Assembly (NCBI GenBank): GCA_026770705.1
Contig: JANJGN010000026.1
Coordinates: 24,490,001-24,554,000, forward strand
Reading direction: 5' to 3'
Length of the DNA: 64,000 nt
DNA from: Isurus oxyrinchus
Taxonomy: Eukaryota
Part shown: positions 1 through 12,035 of the stretch, piece by piece
How positions within the stretch are numbered: the first letter of the stretch is position 1
Layout of the letters: each line of letters begins with the position of its first letter
Program-made: the position numbers and the translations under genes
Notes under the pieces: generated by a model
Databases searched by the model: none
Told to the model about the DNA's origin: nothing
The model's input: the letters and a program-made list of their open reading frames with translations, nothing else

Positions 1-284
1 TCCGCCTTACCTGCCTGATATTACTGCAGGAATTTCTGCTGATGTTCCCTGTTCGGAATTGGTTGCAGCAGCAGAGCAGTCGGGTGGGGATCTTCATTTC
101 TGCTCCAGTAGAAGATTCCCCGAACTGAAGAGTTACAGATTGGCAGAGAATGAAGCAGAACCATAGGTCACCGATCCTCATCATTAAACCATTCTCAATT
201 GGCATTTCTTCCCAATTAAAAAAAAGCTGTTTTCCTGACTGCTGTAACTCAGATCTTATGTTGGTGAATTAATAACTTTTTAAA

Positions 285-645
285 ATTCGTTATTGGGCAT
301 TCGTGGCAAGGCCAGCATTTGTTGCCCATCCTAATTCCCTTGATCTGAGTGGCTTGCTAGGTCAGTGCTGAGGAAAGTTAGGAATCAACGAGGTTGCCGT
401 GGGTCTGCAGCCACATAGAGGCCAGACCAAATTTCTTTCCAGAGAGTAAATCGGTGAACCAGATAAATCCCGCAATGGCAGTTTTGCACAACCATTGCTG
501 AAGCTAGATTTCAATCCTTGATTATAATTAATTGAAATTTAACCAGCTACCATGGTTTGAACCGATTTGAACCAATTTCCCCGGAGAATTAACCTGGGTC
601 TCCGAACAATTGCCCATTGACAGTATCACTAGGCTACCATCTCTC
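285..645 (-). mobile_element. tRNA-derived shark SINE, inserted in the V intron
   Basis: Same motifs (GCCAGCATTTGTTGCCCATCCCTAATT...) as copies at 37.4, 55.7 and 60.7 kb. Confidence 0.7.
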
Positions 646-703
646 TATACTGATGATGTTGAAGAAGCAGATGTTTTTGATGTTGACTGTTATTTTATTT
701 TAG

Positions 704-1047
704 AATGGAGCCACAAGCACAAAGTGCAACTGGCTGTTCCCTAAGAGATGTTTGAAGAAGAAAGCAATGTCATACTTTTCTGTACCTTGAATATAAGATA
801 TCCTAACCTTACTGTGTTCTTAAATAGTCAGTATTCAGGGCACCATCCATGAAACATGGCTTATATTATCGTAGGGACAATGAACAGGAAACTGGACTTC
901 ACTGGCCGATTTTCCTCTACCTTTAATAAAACAATCAAGATTGTGAAGATTTTGGATAGCATTGTCCTGACCTCCGACAATGCCATATATTTCTGTGCCT
1001 TGTGCCCCACGCGGCTAAAGTTATAAAGTGAATCCTGGATAAAAGCA
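704..1047 (+). pseudogene. TCR alpha/delta-type V pseudogene (family of V at 30.4 kb) with degenerate RSS
   Basis: After ttttag: WSHKHKVQLAVP*EMFEEESNVILFCTL...RFSSTFNK...SDNAIYFCALC, two stops. Heptamer CACGCGG 1008-1014, 24-nt spacer, ATAAAAGCA. Decayed leader near 150-200. Confidence 0.85.
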
Positions 1048-1504
1048 TACACTGTCAGTTCTTGTCAGCTCCCACCAGAGGCCTTTCTTACTCCCATAAA
1101 CAGAGCAATAATTCATTCTCAATGCTGAATTTCAGGAGAGATTCTTTAATCGGCAAACTGAATGTACAAACTCAACAAGAACTTGCGAATTCCACGTGCA
1201 GAATTGTATTTGTTTGATGTTTCAACTTGTATTTATATGAAAAAATATCAAATGCAGCTGTGCAACCTTAATGGACCTTTAGTCCTTCAACGTGATTTCC
1301 ATGTCTGTCCCGTCTCATCGACTACCTCCATTTTTCTTTGACAATTTACTTACTTCAGTCTTTAGTTTAATGATGTAAACTTTTGTTTCTGCGATGCATA
1401 TTAATTCAGTGCTGCACCAGCAAAGATTCACAGAAACAGGAACTGCCAGGTCAGTTGAATTAATAAAGCGAAATGCCTCAAATCCTGTACTGAAATATCA
1501 GAAG

Positions 1505-1995
1505 GCAAGAACAGAAGAGGTAACGGCAACAGTAGGGCATTCGGCCCTGGAGCCAACTCCGCAATGCAATCAGGTCATGGCTGATCTGAACTCTGCCTTA
1601 ATTCCACGTCCCCGCCGGCTCCTCATGTCCCTTGGCACAATGTTCGTTCAAAACTCTGTCTAACTCAGCCTTCAAAATATTCAGTAACCGAGCTTCCTCC
1701 TCGTGGGGAAGAGATTTCCAAACACTAATGACCTTCCAAGAAAATGAATTTCCACCTTAAATGGGAGACCTCTTACTTTGAAACCGTCCCCGCCTAGTTG
1801 TCGGATTCCCTCACTACGTGAAATCCTCTCGGCATCCACCCTGCCAAAACCCCTCAGAATCTTATATGTTTCAATAAGATCACTTCTCATTCGTCTAAAC
1901 ACCAATGTATACAGGCGCAACTTGTTCAATTTTTTATTATAAGACAGCGCCTTCATCCCAGGAATCAGCCTGGTGAACCTTCCCTGAATTGCCAT
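1505..1995 (-). mobile_element. CR1-type LINE 3' fragment
   Basis: ORF 1681-1995 RFTRLIPGMKALSY...RRMRSDLIETYKILRG matches the CR1 ORF2 C-terminus. Confidence 0.85.
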
Positions 1996-2548
1996 GTTTC
2001 TAAATATTCTCCATGTCTAAATGGCTCCCAGCACTTGTGCCGGCCCGGGCCCTTATTCCAACCCATTCAGTTATCCCTCTCTTCTCTCTACCCGTCTAAC
2101 TGGGTGTAACCCACACGGAAGTGATCACAATGCTTTCTATTAACAGCGGATGCTTGGCTCATTGGTGGTCAACTGAAAGGGCGGGAAATTTCCCTGGAGT
2201 CACGATTACCACCGTCCGATGGTAAAGGTTAGAGCACTGTCGACAACAAATTTCCTGGAAATAAACCAAATCCATTAACAATCCTTGCTTGTCGAGTACA
2301 ATAACCAGAAAAAAAGTTCCATTCCCATCCCGTTTCTAAAGCGGAATAATTCGTTCTTTGAGGATTCTGACTGGGCCAGGTTGGTGACAGCCAGATCAAC
2401 ACCCACCCATCTCAAAGTGTCACTGGGGAGACAAGGAAGTGACGTATGAGCACCCTGAGACACGTCATCAGGTTATTAAGTGTGGGATCAGAACGGGTGT
2501 CTTCAAGTATCAACCCCCACCCCCCCACCTTTCCTGTACAGGGTGACA

Positions 2549-3044
2549 ATGTGGTTGCTCAGCATTTGGTTTCTGTGAGGAACATTCCTGACAAGGTAAC
2601 TGTGGATATACAACCTTTTCCCTCATCTCCAAAACTTTGATTGAATCTGAATTTTGAATATATCAGTGTATCTTTATCTGTTTGAACATGTTTTTCGGAT
2701 CTCAGTCACAGAGATTCTGTCACTCAGCCGCTCTCCTCATATGTTAAAACAGAAGGAGAAGCGGTGACTTTAAGTTGTACCTATGAAACGGCCAAGAGCA
2801 ACTATTATTTATACTGGTACCGACAACACCCAGACTCCCAGCCCGAGTACATACTGAGGAAATTCTCAGAGGGTAATGAATATAAAGCAGATTTTGCCAA
2901 AATCCGTTTCTCTATTGTGCTCCAGGCCGCGAAGAAATTAATCAGTATGACTATCTCGAGTCTGCAGCTGACTGACTCTGCCGTCTATTACTGCGCTTTC
3001 AGATTCACAGTGATAGAAAGCAGTCTCACACCTGTACAAAACCT
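2549..3044 (+). pseudogene. TCR alpha/delta V with open V exon (2699-3005) but defective leader and splice acceptor; canonical 23-RSS
   Basis: DSVTQP...LSCTY...LYWYRQHP...DSAVYYCAFR; CACAGTG 3006-3012 + 23 nt + ACAAAACCT. Leader 2549-2595 (MWLLSIWFL*GTFLT) has a TGA. Acceptor reads cGG|ATCTC where the paralogue at 34.7 kb has cAG|ATCTG. Confidence 0.9.
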
Positions 3045-3414
3045 GCCTTTGCACTGTTAGTGAGAGTTTCCGTCTGTTGGGGTTTGAATAGAATCCCGGG
3101 CAGATGCAAGCACAATGTACAGCAGCTCTGTCAGTCTCTCAAACGCACACCGAGAGGAAACGAATTTCGCCTCGGATCAAACTCCACCCAACTGTTTCCA
3201 GGAGCAACCAAGAGAACAAACTGCGGGATGCACTTGGATCTACAGATCCATAACAGGAACAATGTACCAGGTAAATAGCCTTTCCTGCTATTGATCAGCT
3301 GCGCACTCCTTTATAATCAGGGTGGGATTTCATCATCATCGAGAAAGAGGCTACCAATCCTCGAATATTCCTGAAACCTGGTCAGCAAGTGTCACCCAGA
3401 GGGCAGAAGGGCTT

Positions 3415-3622
3415 CCGCCATGTTCGTGTGACACACAGTCAGCCATGTTGTTTGACGTGTAGACGATCATGTTTGTGTGACGCACAGTCGGACATGTTTG
3501 TTTGGCGTGCAGACGGTCATATTTGTGTGACGCACAGTCGGCCATGTTTGTTTGACGTGCAGACGGTCATACGTGTGTGAGACTCAGTGTCGGCCATGTT
3601 TATTTGACGTGCAGACGGTCCT
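3415..3622 (+). repeat. 25/50-bp minisatellite carrying TGACG (CRE half-site) motifs
   Basis: TGTGTGACGCACAGTCGGCCATGTTTGTTTGACGTGCAGACGGTCAT repeated about 4 times. Confidence 0.9.
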
Positions 3623-4367
3623 GAAGTCCCCATTTGTCCTTTGCTGCCCTTTCCGTGCCTGCCTCTAATATTGAACAACCTTCGCCCCAGCTTCTCTTTC
3701 ACTTCCCCGGAGCCTGTGACGGCGGCTGTCACAAGGTTTATTTGATCAGAGTGTGTTGCTTGGTCACAGAAAGTTTACGCACCCTGAGCAGATTTCACAA
3801 GGTAGTGACTGTGGTTTCTCAAGTTAGTCCCAAGCACAGAACAGCTTTTTCCCCTTCTCCTCGACTGCTTTCACCTCGTACCGGAATAACCTTAAACTTG
3901 ACATTTTATCAGCCTAGTTCACGTGTTTCCAGCTGCCCACCGGGACTCGTTCCATGGTCTTCCCTGTTTCTCCAAACGCGATGAATATTTCAAACCAGTT
4001 CCTGTGTTCGTGGAGTCCAGCACAAATCCCTCATTGACGCACCCCGCTCGCTTCCCCACCCCATCTGCCGACCCCGCATCCTCTTCAGCAATGCCCCCTC
4101 TTACTTTTTTCTGCTGTTCATAAACACAATCACTCTCTACCAGATTTATGATTTCGTTGCTGGTAATGAAAATATTAAAGGAAATAAGACTGAGTGCTCG
4201 TTGTTTCAAAAGCAACCATATGAAGGCAAACAATACTCAAAAATGACAATCTGGAAAGGGCGACAAGGCTGGAACCCGAGTTGGAACTTTTCCCTCTGTC
4301 ACTGAGCACAGTATTCCCATTCCTGATTCATTCCACCGAGCGAAATGTCTCCTTTTGTTAGTTTCAG

Positions 4368-4838
4368 TCAGACATTCACCAGGATGTTTCCTGGGATGAA
4401 ACATTTAAGTTATGAGGAGAGGTTGGATAGACTTGGGTTGCTTTCGTTGGAGCAGAGAAGACTGAGGGGCGACCTGATCGAGGTATACAAGGTTATGAAA
4501 GGCATGGACAGGGTGGATAGGGAGCAGCTGTTCCCCTTAGTTCAAGGGTCAGTCACGAGGGGACACAAGTTCAGGGTGACGGAGCAGGAGGTTTAGGGGG
4601 GATGTGAGGAAAAACGTTTTTAGCCAGAGATTGGTGACAGCCTGGAATGCGCTGCCTGGGAGGGTGCTGGAGGCGGGTTGCCTCACATCCTTTAAAAAAT
4701 ACCTGGTTGAGCACTTGGCACGTCATAAAATTCAAGTCTATGGGCCAAGTGCTGGTAAATAGGACTAGGCAGGTGCTTCTCATGTGTCGGTGCAGACTCG
4801 ATGGGCCGAAGGGCCTCTTCTGCTTTGTGTGATTCTGT
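4368..4838 (+). mobile_element. Young CR1-type LINE 3' fragment
   Basis: FTRMFPGMKHLSYEERLDRLGLLSLEQRRLRGDLIEVYK; very similar to 63310-63785. Confidence 0.9.
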
Positions 4839-5083
4839 GACGTTAATCGACATGTTTCATTTGATATTTGGATAAGGGGCTCATATTTTCCTCCGAGAAA
4901 TCACCAACACAGTACTCTGATGGCGGTAAGAGGTAATTTCAAACTGACTAGAGTCCAGTCTGAACATAGATGGAGGTGTCCAGCTAATTACCGTCACTGT
5001 CAGTAATCAGACTGAGGTAGTGGACAGGAGGTCGGGTTTGTGAATCTTCTGCGAGGAACATACTTAGGGGAGATTTCCTTTCG

Positions 5084-5760
5084 TCATTTTAGAAATCTCT
5101 GATCTCCCACGATCGTCTGCAGTAGAGAATGCCAAAGGTTCACGATCCTTTGAGTGAAGAAATTTCCCCTTATGTCAGCACTAAATATTAGACTGCTTAT
5201 TCTCGCTGTGATTCCTCTTCTCAATTCGTCGGCCAGGTGGTAGATTGACTCAGCAATTACCATTTGGACTGGCCTCAGCATTTTTGATGCTTCAATTCGA
5301 TCACCTCCCTTTCTTCTGAACTCCAGGGAATAGAGGTCTAACCTATTCAATCTCTCCTCATAGAAAAATCTGTTCATCCCAGAAACAGTCGAGTGAATCT
5401 TAGTTGCGCAAATTCTGGGGCAATGCTACCCTGCCTTTGGTAAGGAAGTCAAAACTGCACACACACAACTACAGGTGTCATCTCAGCGACCCTCTGTAAC
5501 TTGAGTTAAACTCATTAATCTTATTCGTTAAGGCCTTTGTGATTAAAACTAATATACCATTTGACTTCCCAAATGCTTGCTCGAAAGTCATTCACATACA
5601 TAGATGCCCAAGTCAATCTGAATCCAAACATTTGCCAGTCCCCCACCATTCCAAAAATATTATTTTCTTTATTTTTCGTACCAAGGTGGATGACGTCACA
5701 CTTTGATGGACTGGATCCCATCGGTCATGTTCTTGCTCACTCATCCCAACATTTATTGTT
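5084..5760 (-). mobile_element. Degraded CR1-type LINE
   Basis: YEERLNRLDLYSLEFRR..GDRIE and KCDVIHLG motifs. Confidence 0.8.
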
Positions 5761-6959
5761 CCAAATCCCATGAGTTCATCTCCTCCTCCGCCCAAATGCT
5801 TTTAAAGCGGCCGATAGAATAAACTGCAGAATCCAATCCGATGACAGATCGACCACCGAATGAATGGGCCGGTTTAATGTCCTGCTTCTGTTCAGCAGTT
5901 CATCCCTCAATTTTAGGACAGATACTTAGATTATTCCAGGGAAAGATGTTGTTGTAATGCAGAGGTCAGTCTTACAGGATCCAGTGACAGTACCGCTACG
6001 CCACCGTCTCGCATAACTGCTAACATAAAACGGCAATTACGTCCTTGCATCGCCGTGAACCGCAGTCAGGGACCAACAACGGCAATGAAAAAAAAAACTG
6101 AAAACCATTGAATAAAGCAGCAGATCAATTAAGGAATCCTAAGAATCCTTCGTCGCTCAGATCACTTTGGAAGGCGTTGTCTTGCCGGTGTCGGTCACTT
6201 TCAGATTTTGATGCCTTGTATTACACTGTGGTTACTTTATGATGTGATGCAATATTTCCAGGCTTCTTGTTTGCCTTCTTTTATTTTGTTCTCCTCGCTT
6301 TACGAAACTTCGTCAACTCTCACACGGACCTAACACAAACATGATTTGAAAAATGATAATAACTGAAGATATTGAAATTAATGCTGTCATGCTCCCCCTT
6401 TCTTACCAGGCACTTGGTAAAAACATTTGCTGAAGTTTGCAAACCGCCTGAGGAATTCGCTTGAACTCCGATATTTCACAATGGATTTATTTTTCTGACT
6501 GTCATAACTGCCACCCTGCGGTTTTCGTTTTCCCGCTCAAAACTAAACTAGGTCATCAAAAACCCGTTGTATCAGATGTGACTAAAGGGAAGATGGAAGA
6601 GAACAGATTAATGAGACAAATTATCTGAAAAGGGAAAGTGAGCTGCTTTGGATCCAGTCCAATGTTGTACACTAGGAGCTAGAGAGCCTTTTTAAGGGAC
6701 TGCGCTCAACAACTGTCCATGGGTTGTTGCACAGAACCTCCCATTTGCTCTGTCGAAAAACGCTAAGTCGCAAGGGTAGGTCCTGAGGCCAGGTCAGGTT
6801 ACAGACATCATTTGGATGAGTGTTGGGTGAAAATCTGGAAAAGATGTGCACAGGCCCACAAGTTGTGATAGTTAATTTACTATTCCCACCAACAATTACA
6901 GATAGCGAAATCCAGACTGCCCCGTAGTAGGAATGAAGCAAGTTGGAATTGCAGTCACC

Positions 6960-7161
6960 GCTATAATTTCCGAAATAGTTAAATTATGCACAGCAAGCTC
7001 CCACAAAGAGCTATGTGATAATTTCTTGCAGTGGTGTCGTTTGAGGTTTAAATGCACAAGAGAGCTGACCTGCTCTTTGGTACAATAAGCAGTGGGGTAT
7101 TTAAGGTCTTTGTCGGGGAGGAGTTGGGGTGGTGTTGCAGACGGAGCTTCTATTTAATAGA
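6960..7161 (+). mobile_element. Old Deu-domain-like SINE, left half (right half 15770-15900), split by the provirus
   Basis: GCACAGCAAGCTCCCACAAA...GCAGACGGAGCTTCTATTTAATAG continues as ATAGCTCATCCAAAAAATGGCACC after the LTR. Related copies at 25.45-25.83 kb and 59.54-59.73 kb. Confidence 0.65.
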
Positions 7162-7169
7162 TGTTAGGA

Positions 7170-7500
7170 AACCTGGGGACGTACCAGATCGGGAGAAGGT
7201 GACAGCCCTGCACAGGGAGTTTGAGAGGGCAGTAAAAGAAGCCTTGGGGGAGGGAGAAACGAAGTGGGGTGTATAATGTCCCGTGCGGGATGAAGAGATT
7301 TTCCTGAAAATGTGGAAGGATGATTGAGACCCGAAAGGTCTGCTGTTAAATTTTCTGTAACTTAAAGAAAATAATTGATCTATGTTACAAGAGCTGCTTG
7401 TGCTGAAGAGAGAAAGAGAGAGAAAAAGAGAGGAAAGCGGGGTACCCCTAGGGGCGTTAATAAGCACTGACAGGCAGTAGCAGGGGAAATGAGAGCTTTC
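7170..7500 (+). pseudogene. gag: gag remnant
   Basis: KPGDVPDREKVTALHREFERAVKEA matches KPGGVPDREKATALHSEFERAVKEA in the gag region of copy 2 (50.27-50.35 kb). Confidence 0.7.
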
Positions 7501-9439
7501 TTCTGGTGGAGCCTTCAAGATCTCTTTATTTCCCCCACTGTTATTTGAAGTTTCGTTTAGAATATGAGAATTTTAAGTCGTTAAGGATACAGAAATATAA
7601 ATACATACCTCTAAATGTATGTTTGTTTGTGTGCAAGGAAGCATTCGTGTGTGATATTTAATGTGTTTTCTTCCGTAATTTGTTATTTGTGTGTGCAGTT
7701 CAGCACTTTAGGGTTGAAAGCCCGATGTTAGATTAGAGGAAAAGTATACTAACACATTCCAAAGTTTTGAGTATAAGGTTTGAGTTGAGATTTCTGGCAA
7801 AAAAAGGTCGCAGTTTGAAGGTATCATGAAGCTAGACAAAGTCAGATGAACCAACCTTTGTGCCACCCCCTTTGCAGACTAGCATCACCAGCTTCCAAGC
7901 TGGTTGGGATTGATACATACGAGTTACATTAACTCATACGAGTTAGTATTCTAAAATTATGATTGGAAAAATTACCTGAAGTTCAAGGGATTCTAGGAGA
8001 ACCAAAAGACATAAACACAAGCTCTAGGTGGTTCCAATGGATAAAAAGGGGTTTCTTTTGAAAAGATGAATTAAATATGAAAGGAAATCTGCATCCCAAC
8101 AGCACTGTTATTTGAAGTTGGGACAAGGCTTGAGGTGTAAAGTGCAGTGTAGTTTAGAAGATTACTTTTGAATCACTAGGATGCTACCTAATAAAGAATG
8201 TGTCGATAAACATATAGGAATTATAACTTGGATACAAATCAATACACACTAGAAAGAGGTCGCTTTAATTTTGATATCATAAATTACATTTCATACAAAG
8301 GTTAACATTTGAGGTTTGGTTCCTGATAATTTCTCAAAAGGGAATTTTCATTTTAAAAGGTCTGACAACAATTGGCACTAATTCAAATGCTGCAAGTTTT
8401 TGTATTTCTAAGTCTTTTCCCAAAATATGAACCTAAGCTCAAGACCTTGACAAAGTTTGCAGAAATCCAATTTTTGGCCAAGTTAATGAATCTGGGATAA
8501 TTCTAAAAGAAACGGGTCAGACACAATTTAGACAATAAAATGTTATTTGAGAAGAAGATAAGGAATATGTCAATGTCTGATTTCTGTTTGTAAAACTGTT
8601 ATGAGAATATTTTATTTATTTTAAACTCTCTCCAGGCAACTTGAACAAGATAAGATGCTGGCTGTTGCATGTATAAAATGTTATGAGGCAAGTAGGAGAA
8701 AGAGTTACGGAAAGAGGACACAATATACAAACTTTTTAAAGTGATTTGATAATCTGGCCATCAGTTGAGACATTGGAAACGCACAGGGGGCGATAAGCAA
8801 AGATCAAGAGACAGAGATCCTCGTTAATACGACCGAAAGAGCAAAGGAACAATATAAACGATCAAAAAATAGAGAAACTGAAATCAAGAGAATCTTAGGA
8901 TGATCATGGTAAGAGGAAAAAAACTTAGAGGTGATACTATGTGGAATCTGTAGTTCAGGTAATTGAAAGGTAAGGAGAAATAATACTTAACAACAAAATG
9001 GATACAGGTAAAGGGAAAGCTGGAAAAAGGATAAATAGATGTATTACTGATTGTATTAATGTGCCTGCGAGGTACAAAAACTAAGACCACAGGATTAACA
9101 CTATGATCACAGACAGCGTTAAGCGGCTCGCAGAGAGAACTGTCACTGGAAATGAAGATACTGAGCCATTGAAAGATAGTATAAGAAGATGCATTGTAGA
9201 GTTGTGTCAGCAGTTTAGCTGAGGTCTGAAGTGGGACAGGAAGGAGTGGAGGGTGCCTATCAGATCAGGGAACTCATTTCACAGGAAGAGTCAATAAAGA
9301 AATGTATAAATTTAAATTTAAACAGAAATTCCACATTCCCTACCAGCCACAGAGCTCGGGGATGGTGGAAAGGATGAACTGAACTTAAAAAAACATCAAT
9401 AACAAAAGCAATTCAACAGACAGGGAAGAACCCAATACT

Positions 9440-10043
9440 GTAAAAAAAAACAAAGAAATGTACAGCACAGGAACAGGCCCTTCGGCCCTCCAAGCCTGCG
9501 CCGATCATATTGCCAGTCAACTGAAACATTTTGCACTTCCGGTGTCCGTATCCCTCTATTCCCATCCTAGTCATGTATTTGTGAAGCTGCCTCTTAAATA
9601 TCACTATCGTACCTGCTTCCACCACCTCCTCTGGCAGCAAATTCCAGACACTCACTACCCTCTGCATAAAACTTGTCCCGCACATCATCTTTATAGTTTT
9701 CTCCTCTCACCTTAAATATATGTCCCGTAGTAATTGACTCTTCAACCCTGGGAAAAAGCTTCTCACTATCTACTCTGTCCATGCCACTCATAATTTTGTA
9801 AACTTCTATTAAGTTGCCCCCAACTTCCGTTGCTCCAGTGAGAACAATCCGAATTTCTCCAACCTCTCTTCATAGCTAATAACCTCCAGACCAGGCAGCA
9901 TCCTGGTAAACCTCCTCTGCGGCCTCTCCAACACCTTCATATCCTTCTGGTAATGTGGTGACCAGAATTGCATGCAATATTCCAAGTGTGGCCTAACCAA
10001 GGTTCTAAACAGCTGCAGCATTGCTTCCCAGCTTTTATACTCA
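9440..10043 (-). mobile_element. CR1-type LINE fragment nested in the provirus
   Basis: LFRTLVRPHLEYCMQFWSPHY...RRFTRMLPGL. Confidence 0.9.
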
Positions 10044-10450
10044 AATGTGCCTTATATTCTAATGCACCTTAGGACTACCCCAAGCAGGACCACCAGGTTC
10101 ACCCCATTTGTAATAATGACAAGGCGAGCAATGCAGCTACCTGAGGGAATCATAATAGGAATGGGAGATATCGGACCACTAAAAGGAAGGTTGCGAGACT
10201 ATGTGAGTGAAATGAGTAGGCAATTGCATGAGTTAAGGAAGGAAGTCAGAGACTGACAGATGTTTTAGGATCTGGAAACTGGCAAATCCAAAGAGCAACA
10301 ATGGACCAAGTGGGAATACGGTGATGGTCAAGGTGAGACTGAGCGAACAAGCATGGACCATACGAGGTAATTATGACAGGTGATACATGTGCACTGTAGA
10401 TATGAGAACGGGAAGTAAATGGAGGCAAAACACACAGTTTAAAATGCATG
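10044..10450 (+). pseudogene. pol: Integrase C-terminal remnant
   Basis: VPYILMHLRTTPSRTTRFTPFVIMTRRAMQLP (end of IN core) and a GPYEVI GPY/F motif near 10355. Confidence 0.75.
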
Positions 10451-11605
10451 ACAATTGACCAAGCAGTAACCCGGAGAACGGGAGCCAATGTTAATGTCTC
10501 CACAGATCCATGATCCTGGTCGAGGACGTATGAGAACTGGCAACAGGGTCCGGCATCATCACTGCTCATCCTGCACCACAGAATGAACTTTGGTACAGCA
10601 CGGACAGTGCTGAACACGATTTACAACGGGGAATAATAATTGTAACAGTAAGAGAACAAGTGTTGTCGAATTGTAGTAAGGGTTTGCTTCAGATGGGGCA
10701 TGGGAGGTGCGCCACTATCCAGCCACCTTCCACAGCTACTTCGACAGTCCGAGTAGAGATAATTGAAGCCCCTCGAACCACACCGCCTAACCCACTCTGT
10801 CCGACTATGCATCCAGTACCGACGAATGGTGTGGTACTGGTTAATCAGAAGTTTTGTATGATAATGTGCACCATGAGCTGGTACCCATAGTCTTGAACAT
10901 ATCCAGAACTATCCCACCCCAGTGGTGCTCAGTCCAAATTCGAGCACTATATATGGCTCGAATGGGGCAGCTGATGACTGAAGCATCTCAGTTCAACGGT
11001 GAGATGCGATCAGGCTTCGGAGGGAATCGCATTAAACACAGCTTGATAAATGATGCCGCTACGATATTCAATATAAGGACATCAGTGATTAATTCAGAAC
11101 CTGGCAACTGTTGACCAGAAGGTCCATACCCTGAGCTTTAAGCTTAAGAAGATTCTAAAGCGGGGACAGGGAGTTCATAACACCCAGTTAAATACAGACC
11201 AGGATATGACATGGTTCATCCTGGCTACGTGCTCGAAAGTCATGCGGAGGCTATCAACAAACTGATTGAAATAGGGAAGAATATTTCAGATGAAGGAAGC
11301 TGAAATGATGTTTTGATGTTTGCAGCGCCCATGGATCTTGGGCACTAGAACAAGCCCAAGAGAATTTAAGACAGATTAATGAAGGGGTAGTTCCTTTATG
11401 AGTAACTAATGAGCATTTATTTAATCATTCACGACACAAAGATCATGAGTTGACCGGTTGCCAGCTCAGGGGTTTACCACGTGTATATAGAATTAATGTT
11501 GAATGTATAGTGAATAGTAATATGCAAACAGGAATTGTATTAGTAATAAAAACAGAATTACCTGGAAAAACTCAGCAGGTCTGGCAACATCGGCGGAGAA
11601 GAAAA

Positions 11606-11646
11606 GAGTTGACGTTTCGAGTCCTCATGACCCTTCGACAGAACTT
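11606..11646 (-). ncRNA. Minimal hammerhead ribozyme-like motif at the PLE end
   Basis: AGUU-CUGUCGA-AGGGUC-augag-GACUC-GAAA-CGUC-AACU: stems I and II, GAAA and a GUC site. Core is CUGUCGA rather than CUGANGA. Confidence 0.6.
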
Positions 11647-12035
11647 GATTTCAAGTCCAAGAAAGAGTTGAAATCTAAGCTGGTTTAAGGTGTGTGTGTG
11701 GGGGGCGGAGAGATAGAGAGAGAGGGAGAGGTGAGGGGTGTGGTTGTGTGGACAAACAAGCAGTGATAGAAGCAGATCATCAAAAGATGTCAGCGACAAT
11801 GGTACAAAAGAACACATAGGTGTTAAAGTTAAAGTTGGTGATATTATCTAAACGAATGTGCTAATTAAGAATGGATGGTAGGGCACTCAAGGTACAGCTC
11901 TAGTGGGGGTGGAGGGAGCATAAAAGATTTTAAAATATTTAAAAATAATGGAAATAGGTGGGAAAAGAAAAATCTATATAATTTATTGGGAAAAAAGGGG
12001 GAAAACAGAAAGGGGGTGGGGATGGGGGAGGGAGC

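Noticed and set aside
6860-6920. J-like peptide VIVGGNSKLTIT on the minus strand
   Set aside because: No FGxG motif, no upstream RSS and no clear splice donor.
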